A stretch of 64,000 nucleotides of DNA from a candidate division Zixibacteria bacterium SM23_73_3 (GTDB lineage: Bacteria; Zixibacteria; MSB-5A5; SM1-73). Positions 18,775 through 29,321 of the stretch are shown piece after piece (the first letter of the stretch is position 1; the number at the start of each line of letters is the position of its first letter). The notes under the pieces are model-generated. The model saw only the letters and a list, made by a program, of their open reading frames with translations, was not told where the DNA came from and did no database searches. The stretch is from positions 324 to 64,323 of the forward strand of contig LJUX01000001.1 in assembly GCA_001304155.1 (NCBI GenBank). Direction: 5' to 3'. A program made the position numbers and the translations under genes.

Positions 18775-19635
18775 CTAAATGTTACCAGGGATTGGTTGTG
18801 TCAGAAAAATTTGCCAATCGCCCCGCAAAAGTTTTTTTGCCACCTCCTCTGCTTGTGGTTTTCGGTCAAACACACCATAGACGGTCGGCCCACTTCCCGA
18901 CATGGATGACTTCAACGCACCAGAATTTTCTAATATCTCTTTTATCTTTTGGATAACCGGATGTCTTTTATTCACCACCTCTTCTAAATCATTTCTAAAA
19001 GACCGAAGAGCGTTAAAGAACATAGACCGATTCTCCAAAGTTGTTAAACTAACCTCCCTTCCTTTTTTTGTCAAGCTAATTTTTACCTTCTGATAAGCCC
19101 ATTTGGTGGAAACCTTAATCTGCGGACACACCAGAATTAGCCAGTAATCTCTATATATATTTATCGGCTCAATCTTCTCTCCTCTTCCCTTAATCAGTGT
19201 TTGTCCAGAATAAAGAAAAAATGGAACATCTGATCCTATCCGGCAAGCCAGAGCATGCAGTTTCTCCTTTGTAAGTTGAAGCTGGTAAAGTTGGTCTATA
19301 CCTCTAAGCGTCGCCGCAGCATTTGAGCTTCCCCCTCCCAGCCCGGCGGCGAGGGGTATTCTTTTCTTTATATGGATGCTCACCCCCCCTTTTATCTTCT
19401 CCTGCTCCAGAAGCAGAGAAGCGGCTTGGAAAGCCAGGTTGCTTTCATCTGCGGGACAGTCTGGGTGATCACAAGCTACCATCACCCCTTTCTTTCTTTT
19501 TTGCAATACCAGCTCATCGTAAAGATCTACTGCTTGAATCAAGGAAACGATCTCATGATATCCATCGTCTCTTTTCTTTAAAATCTCAAGAAAAAGATTA
19601 ATCTTGGCGGGTGATTTGAGGGTCAACTTATCCAA
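18775..19635 (-). CDS. ispE: 4-diphosphocytidyl-2-C-methyl-D-erythritol kinase
   Basis: KINLFLEI and PLAAGLGGGSSNAAA GHMP kinase motifs. Confidence 0.85.
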   Translation of the reverse strand: MDKLTLKSPAKINLFLEILKKRDDGYHEIVSLIQAVDLYDELVLQKRKKGVMVACDHPDCPADESNLAFQAASLLLEQEKIKGGVSIHIKKRIPLAAGLGGGSSNAAATLRGIDQLYQLQLTKEKLHALACRIGSDVPFFLYSGQTLIKGRGEKIEPINIYRDYWLILVCPQIKVSTKWAYQKVKISLTKKGREVSLTTLENRSMFFNALRSFRNDLEEVVNKRHPVIQKIKEILENSGALKSSMSGSGPTVYGVFDRKPQAEEVAKKLLRGDWQIFLTQPIPGNI

Positions 19636-19636
19636 G

Positions 19637-21205
19637 CTAAAATCTTCTCTCCTTCCAAAAATTCCAGCTCAAATTTGCCTTAAAAACGAGAGCGTTCTCT
19701 TTCTTTCCGCTTTCGTTTTCGAGGTTTTTGATCTTATTATATTCCGCAGACAGATCCACCTTTAAATTTGCGCTGGGCTGATAGGTGAGCATGAATTTGC
19801 TTTGGTTTGTATACTCTACGACTCCAGAGGGGAACTTCTTGGAGGAAGGCACCGCTGAAGTTTGGGGAAGGTCGATTCGTCCTTCTCCCTTTCTTCTGTA
19901 TTCCTCCAAGAATGCCAGATCGATATCTTTGGTAAAATGATAAATTAGCTCAAAAGACCATCGATCAGCATCCGGACCCAGGATGCTTCCCATCCCCCAG
20001 CCATGATAGGTGTATCTGTTCCAGGGTTTGTTCTGCCCATATACCCAGTTATTGATCTTGGTGTATTCTAAGTTAACATAGCTTCGTCTTAAGCCAAATG
20101 GCTCCGCATAATTCAGACCTACCTGAAATCCGGTCTGGTGAGGCTCCGACTCAAAATCATACTGAAAATCATCTATCAAAAGCTCAAAATAAAGTTCCTT
20201 ATTTTTAAACATGGAAAGTACAATATCAAAGCTCCACAGAATATTGTCATCCATGTCCTGGTTAAACTGCTCACCGTAATAGGGCAGGAGGGGATTTAGG
20301 TAATAGGGTTCAATATCCCGATTATTTCCTCCATAAAGGACCACCTCAGATATTCCCATCTCCACACCCATTTTAAGCTTTAAGTTAAGACGATGGCCGG
20401 AAAGATACCTTTTTGCCCAAAAACCAGATAATCTATGATGTAGAGGTGGAAAGTAAACCTGATCCAAAACCGTGGCGAAATAGGCCAGCTTAAAAGAGCC
20501 CACCCCCCCTTCCAACTTTATCATATCGAAAGGAGGAATTTGATCGGAGAGCAAAAGCACATCTTCCCTTCCTGGTCCCCATCTTATGTGGTCTCTTCCT
20601 AAAAGAAGGCGAAAATACCCAAAATCTATATTGGCGTAAGCTTCATCCAGCACTCCAGTTAAATGATTTTTCCACTCCCTTCCTTCATACCTTCTCTCCT
20701 TTTCCGCTTTGGTGTCTATCACCACTCTGTTTTTCAGGACGAATCTTTTATCAAATTGCAGGCTGGTCTCAAATCTTGTTTGCACACGTCCATAGGAGCT
20801 ATCACCTTCAGTTAAAGTGGTGTGGGCTATTGGACTGGTTCCATACCGTAAAACAGTCTGATCTTCATCTTTTTTTTGCTTTTTATAATACAATTCCTCT
20901 AACTCAAATCGGAATTCCTGATTCAGCTTACCAAGCAACCAGAGTTGGGAGTCACTTAACCTTAGGACTCCTTCCTTTTGTCTTAAGTTTATCTCCAGAA
21001 CTAGAGAGGCGATCTCTCCCCGGGTGTAGGGTTTTACGTTTTTGTGAAGTGAGGGGAATAAACCCTGGCAGTGAAGCTCATCCACCACCGCATAAACCCA
21101 GCTGTCTAAGGGGATGTTTTCTAACAGGGTGGCTTTTGAGATGGAGGACAGAACAGAGGATAGCAGAAAGGCTATCAGGACTATTTTTAAGGCTTTCGTT
21201 ACCAA
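19637..21205 (-). CDS. Outer-membrane beta-barrel protein, hypothetical (possibly Wzi-like capsule assembly protein)
   Basis: Signal peptide, alternating aromatic beta-strand pattern, C-terminal ...WKERRF ending in Phe. It flanks sugar-nucleotide genes. Confidence 0.4.
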   Translation of the reverse strand: MVTKALKIVLIAFLLSSVLSSISKATLLENIPLDSWVYAVVDELHCQGLFPSLHKNVKPYTRGEIASLVLEINLRQKEGVLRLSDSQLWLLGKLNQEFRFELEELYYKKQKKDEDQTVLRYGTSPIAHTTLTEGDSSYGRVQTRFETSLQFDKRFVLKNRVVIDTKAEKERRYEGREWKNHLTGVLDEAYANIDFGYFRLLLGRDHIRWGPGREDVLLLSDQIPPFDMIKLEGGVGSFKLAYFATVLDQVYFPPLHHRLSGFWAKRYLSGHRLNLKLKMGVEMGISEVVLYGGNNRDIEPYYLNPLLPYYGEQFNQDMDDNILWSFDIVLSMFKNKELYFELLIDDFQYDFESEPHQTGFQVGLNYAEPFGLRRSYVNLEYTKINNWVYGQNKPWNRYTYHGWGMGSILGPDADRWSFELIYHFTKDIDLAFLEEYRRKGEGRIDLPQTSAVPSSKKFPSGVVEYTNQSKFMLTYQPSANLKVDLSAEYNKIKNLENESGKKENALVFKANLSWNFWKERRF

Positions 21206-21277
21206 ATTCTTACAGTTCCGCTTATGATCAGCTTTCAGGTGGCTGGTAAATCCTTATACTAATACAGCGTTTTCTAA

Positions 21278-21455
21278 ATGATGTTACTATAATTTGTCAT
21301 TGCAAAGCGATTTTTAGGGTAGGGGCGATTTCCGCCAAAGGCGGATCCACCTATGGCGGACATGAATCACCCCTACTTCATCGAGTTCTCTCACTTGCCT
21401 TCTCACTTCGTTCGGGGCTTCAGGTCGGGACAAGTCTCGCAATCACGGGCTAAGA
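21278..21455. repeat. Dispersed intergenic repeat, family 2 (copy with a roughly 45-bp internal expansion)
   Basis: tttagggtaggggcgatttccgccaaaggcggatccacctatggcggacatgaatc matches the 26068-26215 copy almost base for base in inverted orientation. Confidence 0.7.
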
Positions 21456-21540
21456 TATGATGTTATCTTGGAAACATTCTACTATTACAGACGTTAGGTA
21501 AGGTTATAAACAATGCGAGAAGCCTGAAAAGTGATCGATC

Positions 21541-22848
21541 TCATAGCTTCACAATCTTTTCCCGGTTTTTTTTCACATACTTGGTGGCATTGCGGGTATC
21601 CATGACCAATTGTGCGTTTCGAACGATAAATTCATAATCGTAGGCAGAATGGTCGGCTAAGACAACCACACAATCTGAGCCTAAAAGAATCTTTTTGGTC
21701 AATCTCACCGATTTCATCACCGAGTCATCCATACGGATGGAGAAGACGTGAGGATCATTATACTTCACCTGCGCCCCGCCATTTTGCAAAAGCTTAATCA
21801 CATCTAAAGCCGGTGACTCTCTTACATCTTTTATGTCCCTTTTATATGCCACCCCCAAAACTAAAACCTTTGAGCCTTTGAGGCTCTTTTTTTTCTGATT
21901 CAATGCCCGATTTATCCGCTCCACCACATATTCCGGCATATGAGAATTTATGTCTCCGGCCAGCTCGATGAATCTGGCATAGTAATTTAGCGATTTGAGT
22001 TTCCAGGAGAGATAATGCGGGTCGATGGGGATACAGTGTCCCCCTAATCCCGGTCCAGGATAAAATGGCATAAACCCGAAAGGCTTGGTGTTGGCGGCGT
22101 CGATTATCTCCCATACGTCAATTTTTAATCTGTCACACATCAAAGCCACCTCGTTCACCAATCCGATGTTGACCGAACGGAAGGTGTTCTCCAAAAGTTT
22201 AACCATCTCCGCACTTTTGGTGGAGGAGACCGGAACTGCATCGGTAAGGGTCTGCTCGTAGAAAAGTTTGGCGATTTTGGTACACTGAGGAGTGATTCCG
22301 CCCACCACTCGGGGAGTGTTTTTGGTGCTATATTTTTTGTTTCCCGGATCCACCCTTTCCGGAGAGAAAGCCAGGAAGAAGTCTTTGCCCACTTCAAGCC
22401 CGGTTTCCTCCAACATGGGGAGGATCAATTCCTCAGTGGATCCCGGGTAGGTGGTGCTCTCCAGAATTACCAGTTGTCCCGGATGCAGGTATTTCTGAAC
22501 CTCGCTCACCCCCGCCAGTATATAGGAGACATCCGGATCCTTGGTTTTACTCAAAGGGGTGGGAACACAGATGGTTACACAATCCACCTTCTTCAGTACG
22601 GCAAAGTTGGTAGTGGCTTTTATGTTTCCCGACTTTACCAGAGGTTTTAGGTCTTTATCCTTAACGTCATCGATATCTGATTTGCCCGAATTTATCCGAT
22701 TCACTCTATGGGAGTTTATGTCGATTCCAATGACCTTGAAATTTTCCCTTCCCAGCTCCACTGCTAAGGGAAGTCCCACATAACCCATCCCGATGACTCC
22801 CACCACTGCGGTTCTGTTTTTTATCTTCTTCTCCAAGGTTTTATACAA
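21541..22848 (-). CDS. Nucleotide-sugar dehydrogenase (UDP-GlcNAc / UDP-ManNAc dehydrogenase family)
   Basis: VIGMGYVGLPLAVEL NAD-binding start, catalytic Cys region and dimerisation domain. Confidence 0.75.
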   Translation of the reverse strand: MYKTLEKKIKNRTAVVGVIGMGYVGLPLAVELGRENFKVIGIDINSHRVNRINSGKSDIDDVKDKDLKPLVKSGNIKATTNFAVLKKVDCVTICVPTPLSKTKDPDVSYILAGVSEVQKYLHPGQLVILESTTYPGSTEELILPMLEETGLEVGKDFFLAFSPERVDPGNKKYSTKNTPRVVGGITPQCTKIAKLFYEQTLTDAVPVSSTKSAEMVKLLENTFRSVNIGLVNEVALMCDRLKIDVWEIIDAANTKPFGFMPFYPGPGLGGHCIPIDPHYLSWKLKSLNYYARFIELAGDINSHMPEYVVERINRALNQKKKSLKGSKVLVLGVAYKRDIKDVRESPALDVIKLLQNGGAQVKYNDPHVFSIRMDDSVMKSVRLTKKILLGSDCVVVLADHSAYDYEFIVRNAQLVMDTRNATKYVKKNREKIVKL

Positions 22849-22939
22849 GTTGTGCCTCCTGATGAAAGAATTACTGCTTTCTGGTTAGACTGATGCTATA
22901 AATCACAATCTCTTTTTGGCTTTCGGAATAGCAAAAAAG

Positions 22940-23899
22940 CTAAAAGACCTTATATTTTTCTCTCCAGAAATTCAAGGTATCCTCAAGAGTTTTCTTCAGA
23001 GGAATTTTTGGTTTCCAGCCGACAGCTTTTCTTATCTTGGAGTTATCACCCATAAGAATCGGAATCTCTGCTGGTCGGCTCTTTTTTTCATCCAACTTTA
23101 CCTTTATCTTCTTTTTCGACAGAGAGAGCAGAATTTTAAGCACATTTTTTATGCTATACGCCTCTCGTGAGCAAATATTGTAGGCTTCACCTGCCTTTCC
23201 CTTTCCCATCAAAGAGAGATAGGCTGTCACCACGTCTCTTACGTCGGAGATATCCCGTTTGCTGGAGAGGTTGCCTACTTTTAAAACCGGGGGCATCTGC
23301 CCTACCTCGATTTTAGCTATCTGAGAGGCGAAATCGGGAATTACAAATCCAGTCCGCTGTCGTGGGCCAGTGTGATTGAAAGCTCTTGCCCGGATAGCAT
23401 AAACTCTATATGATGCGAAATATTGATAAGCCAAAAGATCACATGTCGCTTTGCTCACCCCATAAGGGCTGATGGGGAGAAGAGGTTTCTTCTCAGTTAT
23501 GGGGATCTCTTTGGGTAATACTTTCCCATACATGTCACTTGATCCCACCACCAGAATCTTGACCCGTTTATTTAGATTTCTCAAAATCTCCAAAAGATAC
23601 AAGGTCCCGCGGATATTGGTTTTAATGGTATCCAATGGATGGGAAAACGATTTTCCCACCGAGCTTAGAGCCGCCAGATGGTAGATTTGGTCCGGGTTTA
23701 TCCTTTTTATCAAACGGGACAACTGGTCGAATCGGGTGATATCGCATTCGGACAGGCGCAGGCTACGTCTGATCTTTGAGATATTCTCCAGGCTCTCACC
23801 GGGCAGGCAAATCCCGAATATCTCATTTCCTGTTTTCAAGAGTCGTTCTGCCAGGTGCGATCCCACAAATCCGGCTATGCCCGTGATCAGAACTTTCAT
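22940..23899 (-). CDS. NAD-dependent epimerase/dehydratase, probably GDP-4-keto-6-deoxy-D-mannose reductase (Rmd-like)
   Basis: MKVLITGIAGFVGSHL and YxxxK, adjacent to gmd. The ORF-track N-terminal extension is translation of a palindromic repeat. Confidence 0.55.
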   Translation of the reverse strand: MKVLITGIAGFVGSHLAERLLKTGNEIFGICLPGESLENISKIRRSLRLSECDITRFDQLSRLIKRINPDQIYHLAALSSVGKSFSHPLDTIKTNIRGTLYLLEILRNLNKRVKILVVGSSDMYGKVLPKEIPITEKKPLLPISPYGVSKATCDLLAYQYFASYRVYAIRARAFNHTGPRQRTGFVIPDFASQIAKIEVGQMPPVLKVGNLSSKRDISDVRDVVTAYLSLMGKGKAGEAYNICSREAYSIKNVLKILLSLSKKKIKVKLDEKKSRPAEIPILMGDNSKIRKAVGWKPKIPLKKTLEDTLNFWREKYKVF

Positions 23900-23947
23900 G
23901 TGTATCTCAATTATTGCAAACGCACAGAAACGTTTTAGTGTGTTCCA

Positions 23948-24036
23948 TTCCCCCTCACCCATTCCCTCTCCCTCATAGGGAGAGAGGGGATGTGTTTTCC
24001 TCTCCCCTCCGGGGAGAGGACTAAGGTGAGGGGGCA
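23948..24036. repeat. Family 3 nested palindromic element (ccctctccctcatagggagagagggg plus cctctcccctccggggagagg, flanked by ccccctcacc/ggtgaggggg)
   Basis: Inverted repeats read directly; related copies at 5168-5230 and 60951-61011. Confidence 0.65.
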
Positions 24037-24058
24037 ATTTGACCCTTTTGTTCCCGAA

Positions 24059-25165
<1,107 letters not shown>

Positions 25166-25248
25166 TCAGATGGCATTAAAGTAGTTTTTTAGCAACCTCA
25201 GTCAAAGTGGTTGACAAAAGCTAAAAAATGATTTAAAATAAAATCAAG

Positions 25249-26031
25249 ATGAAAAAGCTGTATCTGGTAGATATTGAGGGCACCATTGTAAAGGATAAAT
25301 CCTTTGTCCCCATAGAAGGAGCAATAGACTGGATAAACTCCTTCGACTCTTCCCTTCATCAGTTCGTTCTGCTTTCCAACAACACCACCCACAAGCCGGA
25401 GGATCTTCTGGAAGTGCTGAAAAATGTGGGATTCGATATTAAACCAGAGAATCTGATAACCTGCATGAGTGCGGCTTTGAAATGGCTCCAAAAGAAAGAT
25501 ATTAATAGTTGTTTTGTGATCGGCAGTTCACAGTTGAAAGCATACTTGAATGAGAATAAAATTAAAACTCCTTCAGACAACATGGTAGAAGCTGTGTTGG
25601 TGGGCTTGGATTCCTCCTTGGATTATCAGAAGCTTAAAGTGGCAGTCAACGCATTGGTGAAGAATAACGCAACTTTTCTGGCGCTTCATGCCAACCGATT
25701 ATATAAAGATGAGATAGGTGAGCTCTCCCCTTCAGTTGGAGCAGTGGTTAAAGCTTTGGAATATAGCTCTCAGAAAAGAGCAAAAATCTTTGGAAAACCA
25801 AAGCCAGCAATTTTCCGTGAAGCTTTAAGACGGTTTGAGGTAAAACCAAAGGACTGTATCATGATAAGCGACGATCCCCTCTCCGATCTGAGGGGAGCAA
25901 AGAAGCTGGGGATGAAAACTGTTTTCGTAACCTCGGGAAAGTATAAAGATAAAAACATACTTAAAAGTTTGAACAAAAGATTTCAGCCGGATTGGATTCA
26001 CCGGAGCGTAAAAGAAATCAGAATATTGTGA
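25249..26031 (+). CDS. HAD-superfamily hydrolase, subfamily IIA (NagD-like)
   Basis: N-terminal DIEGT (DxDGT-like) motif and HAD-IIA cap architecture. Confidence 0.65.
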   Translation: MKKLYLVDIEGTIVKDKSFVPIEGAIDWINSFDSSLHQFVLLSNNTTHKPEDLLEVLKNVGFDIKPENLITCMSAALKWLQKKDINSCFVIGSSQLKAYLNENKIKTPSDNMVEAVLVGLDSSLDYQKLKVAVNALVKNNATFLALHANRLYKDEIGELSPSVGAVVKALEYSSQKRAKIFGKPKPAIFREALRRFEVKPKDCIMISDDPLSDLRGAKKLGMKTVFVTSGKYKDKNILKSLNKRFQPDWIHRSVKEIRIL

Positions 26032-26067
26032 AATGTTTCCAAGGTAATTTTATATTTTAGCTGGTCA

Positions 26068-26215
26068 TTGTCCGGTTTGTACCGAGCCGAAGCCCCGAAC
26101 GAGACGAGGGGACGTAGATGAAGTCGGGACGATTCATGTCCGCCAAAGGTGGATCCGCCTTTGGCGGAAATCGCCCCTACCCTAAAGATTACTTGGCAAC
26201 GACAAAATATTGCAG
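26068..26215. repeat. Dispersed intergenic repeat, family 2, inverted copy
   Basis: Its reverse complement aligns with 21296-21375 at near identity. Confidence 0.7.
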
Positions 26216-26265
26216 CATTATTTAGAAAACGATATCCAAGAATATATTTTTCAGAAGGTTAAGTC

Positions 26266-27351
26266 ATGAAGATCGGGATTGTTGGACTTCCGTTTGTGGG
26301 CAAGACCACTGTTTTCAATGCTTTAACCTGTGCGCAAGCCCGGGTGGGAGAATTCTCTTTAGGGGTGAAAGAGGCAAATAGAGGAGTTGTCAAAATTCCG
26401 GATGAGAGGGTACATAAACTGGCTTCCCTGTATAAACCCAAAAAGGTGACTTTTGCCGAAGTTGAATATATCGACGTTGCCGGGCTGGTCAAGGAGACCA
26501 AGGAGAAAGGTTCAGAAGGAGAGTTCTATCATTCCCTGAGGGAGGTGGATGAGCTGGCGCAGGTGGTAAGAGTTTTTAAAGACCAAAACGTGATGCACGT
26601 CTCCGGCTCGGTGGATCCTAAAAGGGACATCAAAGATTTGGACTTAGATTTGATCTTGATTGATCTGGATATAATCGAGAAGAGATTGAAACGTCTGGAG
26701 AAGACGGTGACAAGCTCAAAAGCGGAGGAAGAGAGAAGAGAGCTTTCAATTCTTCAGAGATTCAAAGAATCTTTGGATCAAGGAATTCCCTTGAGGGAAC
26801 TGGAACTATCCCCAAATGAAGAGAAGTTGATCCGGGGATATGCCTTTCTCTCCCTGAAGCCCATGCTCCTTATACTGAACATGGATGAAGAACAGAACAA
26901 TCAGAGGGAGAAACTGGAGGCGGAATTCTCGGAGATGGCTCAGCGTAAAAAGACTGCGGTGTGTTCCATCTGCGGGAAATTAGAGATGGAGCTTTCCCAG
27001 CTGGAGGAGGATAGATGTGCCTTCATGGAGGACTTGGGTATAAATGAGTTAGCAGTTGAAAGAGTAATAGACTTCTCATATAAACTTCTGGATTTGATCT
27101 CTTTTTTCACCTCCAATGAGAATGAGGTCAAGACCTGGCCGGTTCCCTCAGGAATCAAAGCCATAAAAGCGGCTGGAGTTGTGCATACCGACATGGAGAG
27201 AGGTTTCATCAAAGCAGAGGTGATAACTTTTGACAAGCTGTGGGAGCTGGGCTCCATTCATAAGGCGAAGGAAAAAGGTGAATTGCGACTGGAAGGGAAA
27301 GACTATGTAGTTACGGATGGAGATGTGATCTTTTTCAGGTTCAATGTATGA
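26266..27351 (+). CDS. ychF: Redox-regulated ATPase YchF (Obg-like GTPase family)
   Basis: MKIGIVGLPFVGKTTVFNALT P-loop and a C-terminal TGS domain. Confidence 0.85.
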   Translation: MKIGIVGLPFVGKTTVFNALTCAQARVGEFSLGVKEANRGVVKIPDERVHKLASLYKPKKVTFAEVEYIDVAGLVKETKEKGSEGEFYHSLREVDELAQVVRVFKDQNVMHVSGSVDPKRDIKDLDLDLILIDLDIIEKRLKRLEKTVTSSKAEEERRELSILQRFKESLDQGIPLRELELSPNEEKLIRGYAFLSLKPMLLILNMDEEQNNQREKLEAEFSEMAQRKKTAVCSICGKLEMELSQLEEDRCAFMEDLGINELAVERVIDFSYKLLDLISFFTSNENEVKTWPVPSGIKAIKAAGVVHTDMERGFIKAEVITFDKLWELGSIHKAKEKGELRLEGKDYVVTDGDVIFFRFNV

Positions 27352-29321
27352 ACAAATTGAAAATCCCACCAAAGGCGGGGGCTGAAAAGATAATAGGTGC
27401 GGGCTGTTTTCTTCTCATTCTGACCCATCTGGTAGCTTCATATTTTCCCCAGGAAAGGCTGTGGGGAGTAAATCTGCTTTACTATCTGCCTCCCGTGTGG
27501 CGATGGATTCTGGTGATCTGTGGGCTTCTGATTCTGATCCCCCCAATCAATAAAGTGGTAGGCAATTTTCTGTCTGATCTTGCCCACCGAATAGCAAATG
27601 GATTTAGAAAAATAAACAAATACTATAAATATGCTTTCCTCAGTCTGATAGCGGGGTTACTTTTTTGGGCATTCAAGGTCAAGACTTTCCTTTTGGGCGA
27701 CAGTTTTCTGAGAGCCCGGGGGATAGATCTGGGAGAAAAGCTCTCCTTCACCGCGCCTTTGGATTTCTTTGTGCACGTGAAAGTGGCAAAACTTTTAAGC
27801 TGGGATGCCTTTCAGACCTATGCTGTCATCAGCGCTCTGTCGGGCGTGATGTTTGTGTTTTTGGTCCTGCTCTTGGGAGATCTGATAGGAAAGGACAGAA
27901 AAGAAAAAGTTTTGATCTTCTTTGTAATCATCACCATGGGGGCAAGCCAGCTTTTCTTCGGATACGTGGAGAGCTACACGCTGGTTTATGTGGCAATGGT
28001 CATCTACATACTTTTCTCCTTGAGTTATCTTATGAATAAAGACGGGCTTATGCTTCCGGTCCTCTCTTTCCTCTTAACTTTAAGCCTGCATCTTTCTGCT
28101 CTGACTCTTCTGCCTTCTCTTTTGTATTTGATATTTTCCAAAGAAGCAAGAAAGACCCAATGGAGAAAGAAAAAGGGTAAGTTTTTTAAACTCTCTTTAT
28201 CAATCGGCATAGTCTTGGTAGTGGCAGTCGGTCTTTTCCTTTTGCAAAGCTACAATCCCAAAGGGCAAGGGTTGGGCTCTTATTTGATCTTTCCCCTGGG
28301 GGAGGGGGAGAGTTTCTACTCGCTTTTCTCTTTTCCTCATCTTCTGGACTTGATCAATCATCAACTTTTGGTTTCACCGGTCGGCATCTTAATCTTGCTA
28401 ACCTCAATTCTGTTTTTTTCTAAAAGGATTAACTTCAAGGAGAGTGTGGTCGGATTTCTCCTGGTGGTCAGTGTATGTAGTCTGGGATACGCTTTTTGGG
28501 TTGATCCTAAATTGGGATACCCTCGCGACTGGGATCTTTTCGCCTTCACCGGTCTGGGCTACACACTCCTGGGACTTTATATCTTTCTGAAGTACGGGAG
28601 AGAGATAAAGAGGGATATCCTAAGATACATCTCCTTTAGCTTGCTATTTACCTCCCTGATTTCCACCGTTTCATGGATATATGTTAATGCCACTGAAAAG
28701 AAGGCGGTGGAAAGGTTTGAACATCTTCTAAATCTGGATGAGGAAAGGAGCGCTCACGGACACGAAACCCTGGCCATATATTACGACAAACGAAAGGATT
28801 GGCAAAAGGAGATCGAACAATGGAAAAAAGCCATAGCGCTGACAAATAATGTCCGCTATCACAACAATCTGGCTGCGGTTTATTACAGCCAGCAAAGGTA
28901 TGATCTGGCTCTAAAGGAGCTGAAAAGATCGCTTGAGGTGGACTCAACATATGATTATACCCATTTCGGGCTGGGGGAGATCCTTATTCGGATGGGAAGA
29001 GACCAAGAGGCTATAGTTGAATTCCTAAAGGCGATAAAGCTTAAACCTAACAAGATGGAATACTATAGTAGCCTGGGAGCACATCTGGTTAGTCTGGAGC
29101 GTTATCAGGAAGCGGTGAAGATTTTAGAGCAAGGACTGAAAGTAAATCCGGGATATTATCCTATTTACCGAGACTTGGGATATACCTATTTTAACTCAGG
29201 TGATTTCGCCCGGGCAGAGAGATATCTGAAGCTCTATTTGAAACACATACCTCAGGCTGAAGATCGAAACCAGATTGAGGCAATGATTGAAAAGCTCAAA
29301 ACGGAGATAAGGGAGCATTGA
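27348..29321 (+). CDS. Large polytopic membrane protein with C-terminal TPR repeats (GT-C / DUF2723-like putative glycosyltransferase), paralog 1
   Basis: About eleven hydrophobic helices, a conserved early LLGD motif, then about six TPRs. Clear paralog of the next gene. Confidence 0.45.
   Translation: MNKLKIPPKAGAEKIIGAGCFLLILTHLVASYFPQERLWGVNLLYYLPPVWRWILVICGLLILIPPINKVVGNFLSDLAHRIANGFRKINKYYKYAFLSLIAGLLFWAFKVKTFLLGDSFLRARGIDLGEKLSFTAPLDFFVHVKVAKLLSWDAFQTYAVISALSGVMFVFLVLLLGDLIGKDRKEKVLIFFVIITMGASQLFFGYVESYTLVYVAMVIYILFSLSYLMNKDGLMLPVLSFLLTLSLHLSALTLLPSLLYLIFSKEARKTQWRKKKGKFFKLSLSIGIVLVVAVGLFLLQSYNPKGQGLGSYLIFPLGEGESFYSLFSFPHLLDLINHQLLVSPVGILILLTSILFFSKRINFKESVVGFLLVVSVCSLGYAFWVDPKLGYPRDWDLFAFTGLGYTLLGLYIFLKYGREIKRDILRYISFSLLFTSLISTVSWIYVNATEKKAVERFEHLLNLDEERSAHGHETLAIYYDKRKDWQKEIEQWKKAIALTNNVRYHNNLAAVYYSQQRYDLALKELKRSLEVDSTYDYTHFGLGEILIRMGRDQEAIVEFLKAIKLKPNKMEYYSSLGAHLVSLERYQEAVKILEQGLKVNPGYYPIYRDLGYTYFNSGDFARAERYLKLYLKHIPQAEDRNQIEAMIEKLKTEIREH

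Noticed and set aside
22940-24037. A 46-aa N-terminal extension (MPPHLSPLPGGERKTHPLSPYEGEGMGEGEW...) on the Rmd-like gene. A similar extension affects the gmd ORF (24059-25120).
   Set aside because: The extension is a translation of the family 3 palindromic repeat. The canonical Rossmann start MKVLITG (or MKALITG) with its own context is used instead.
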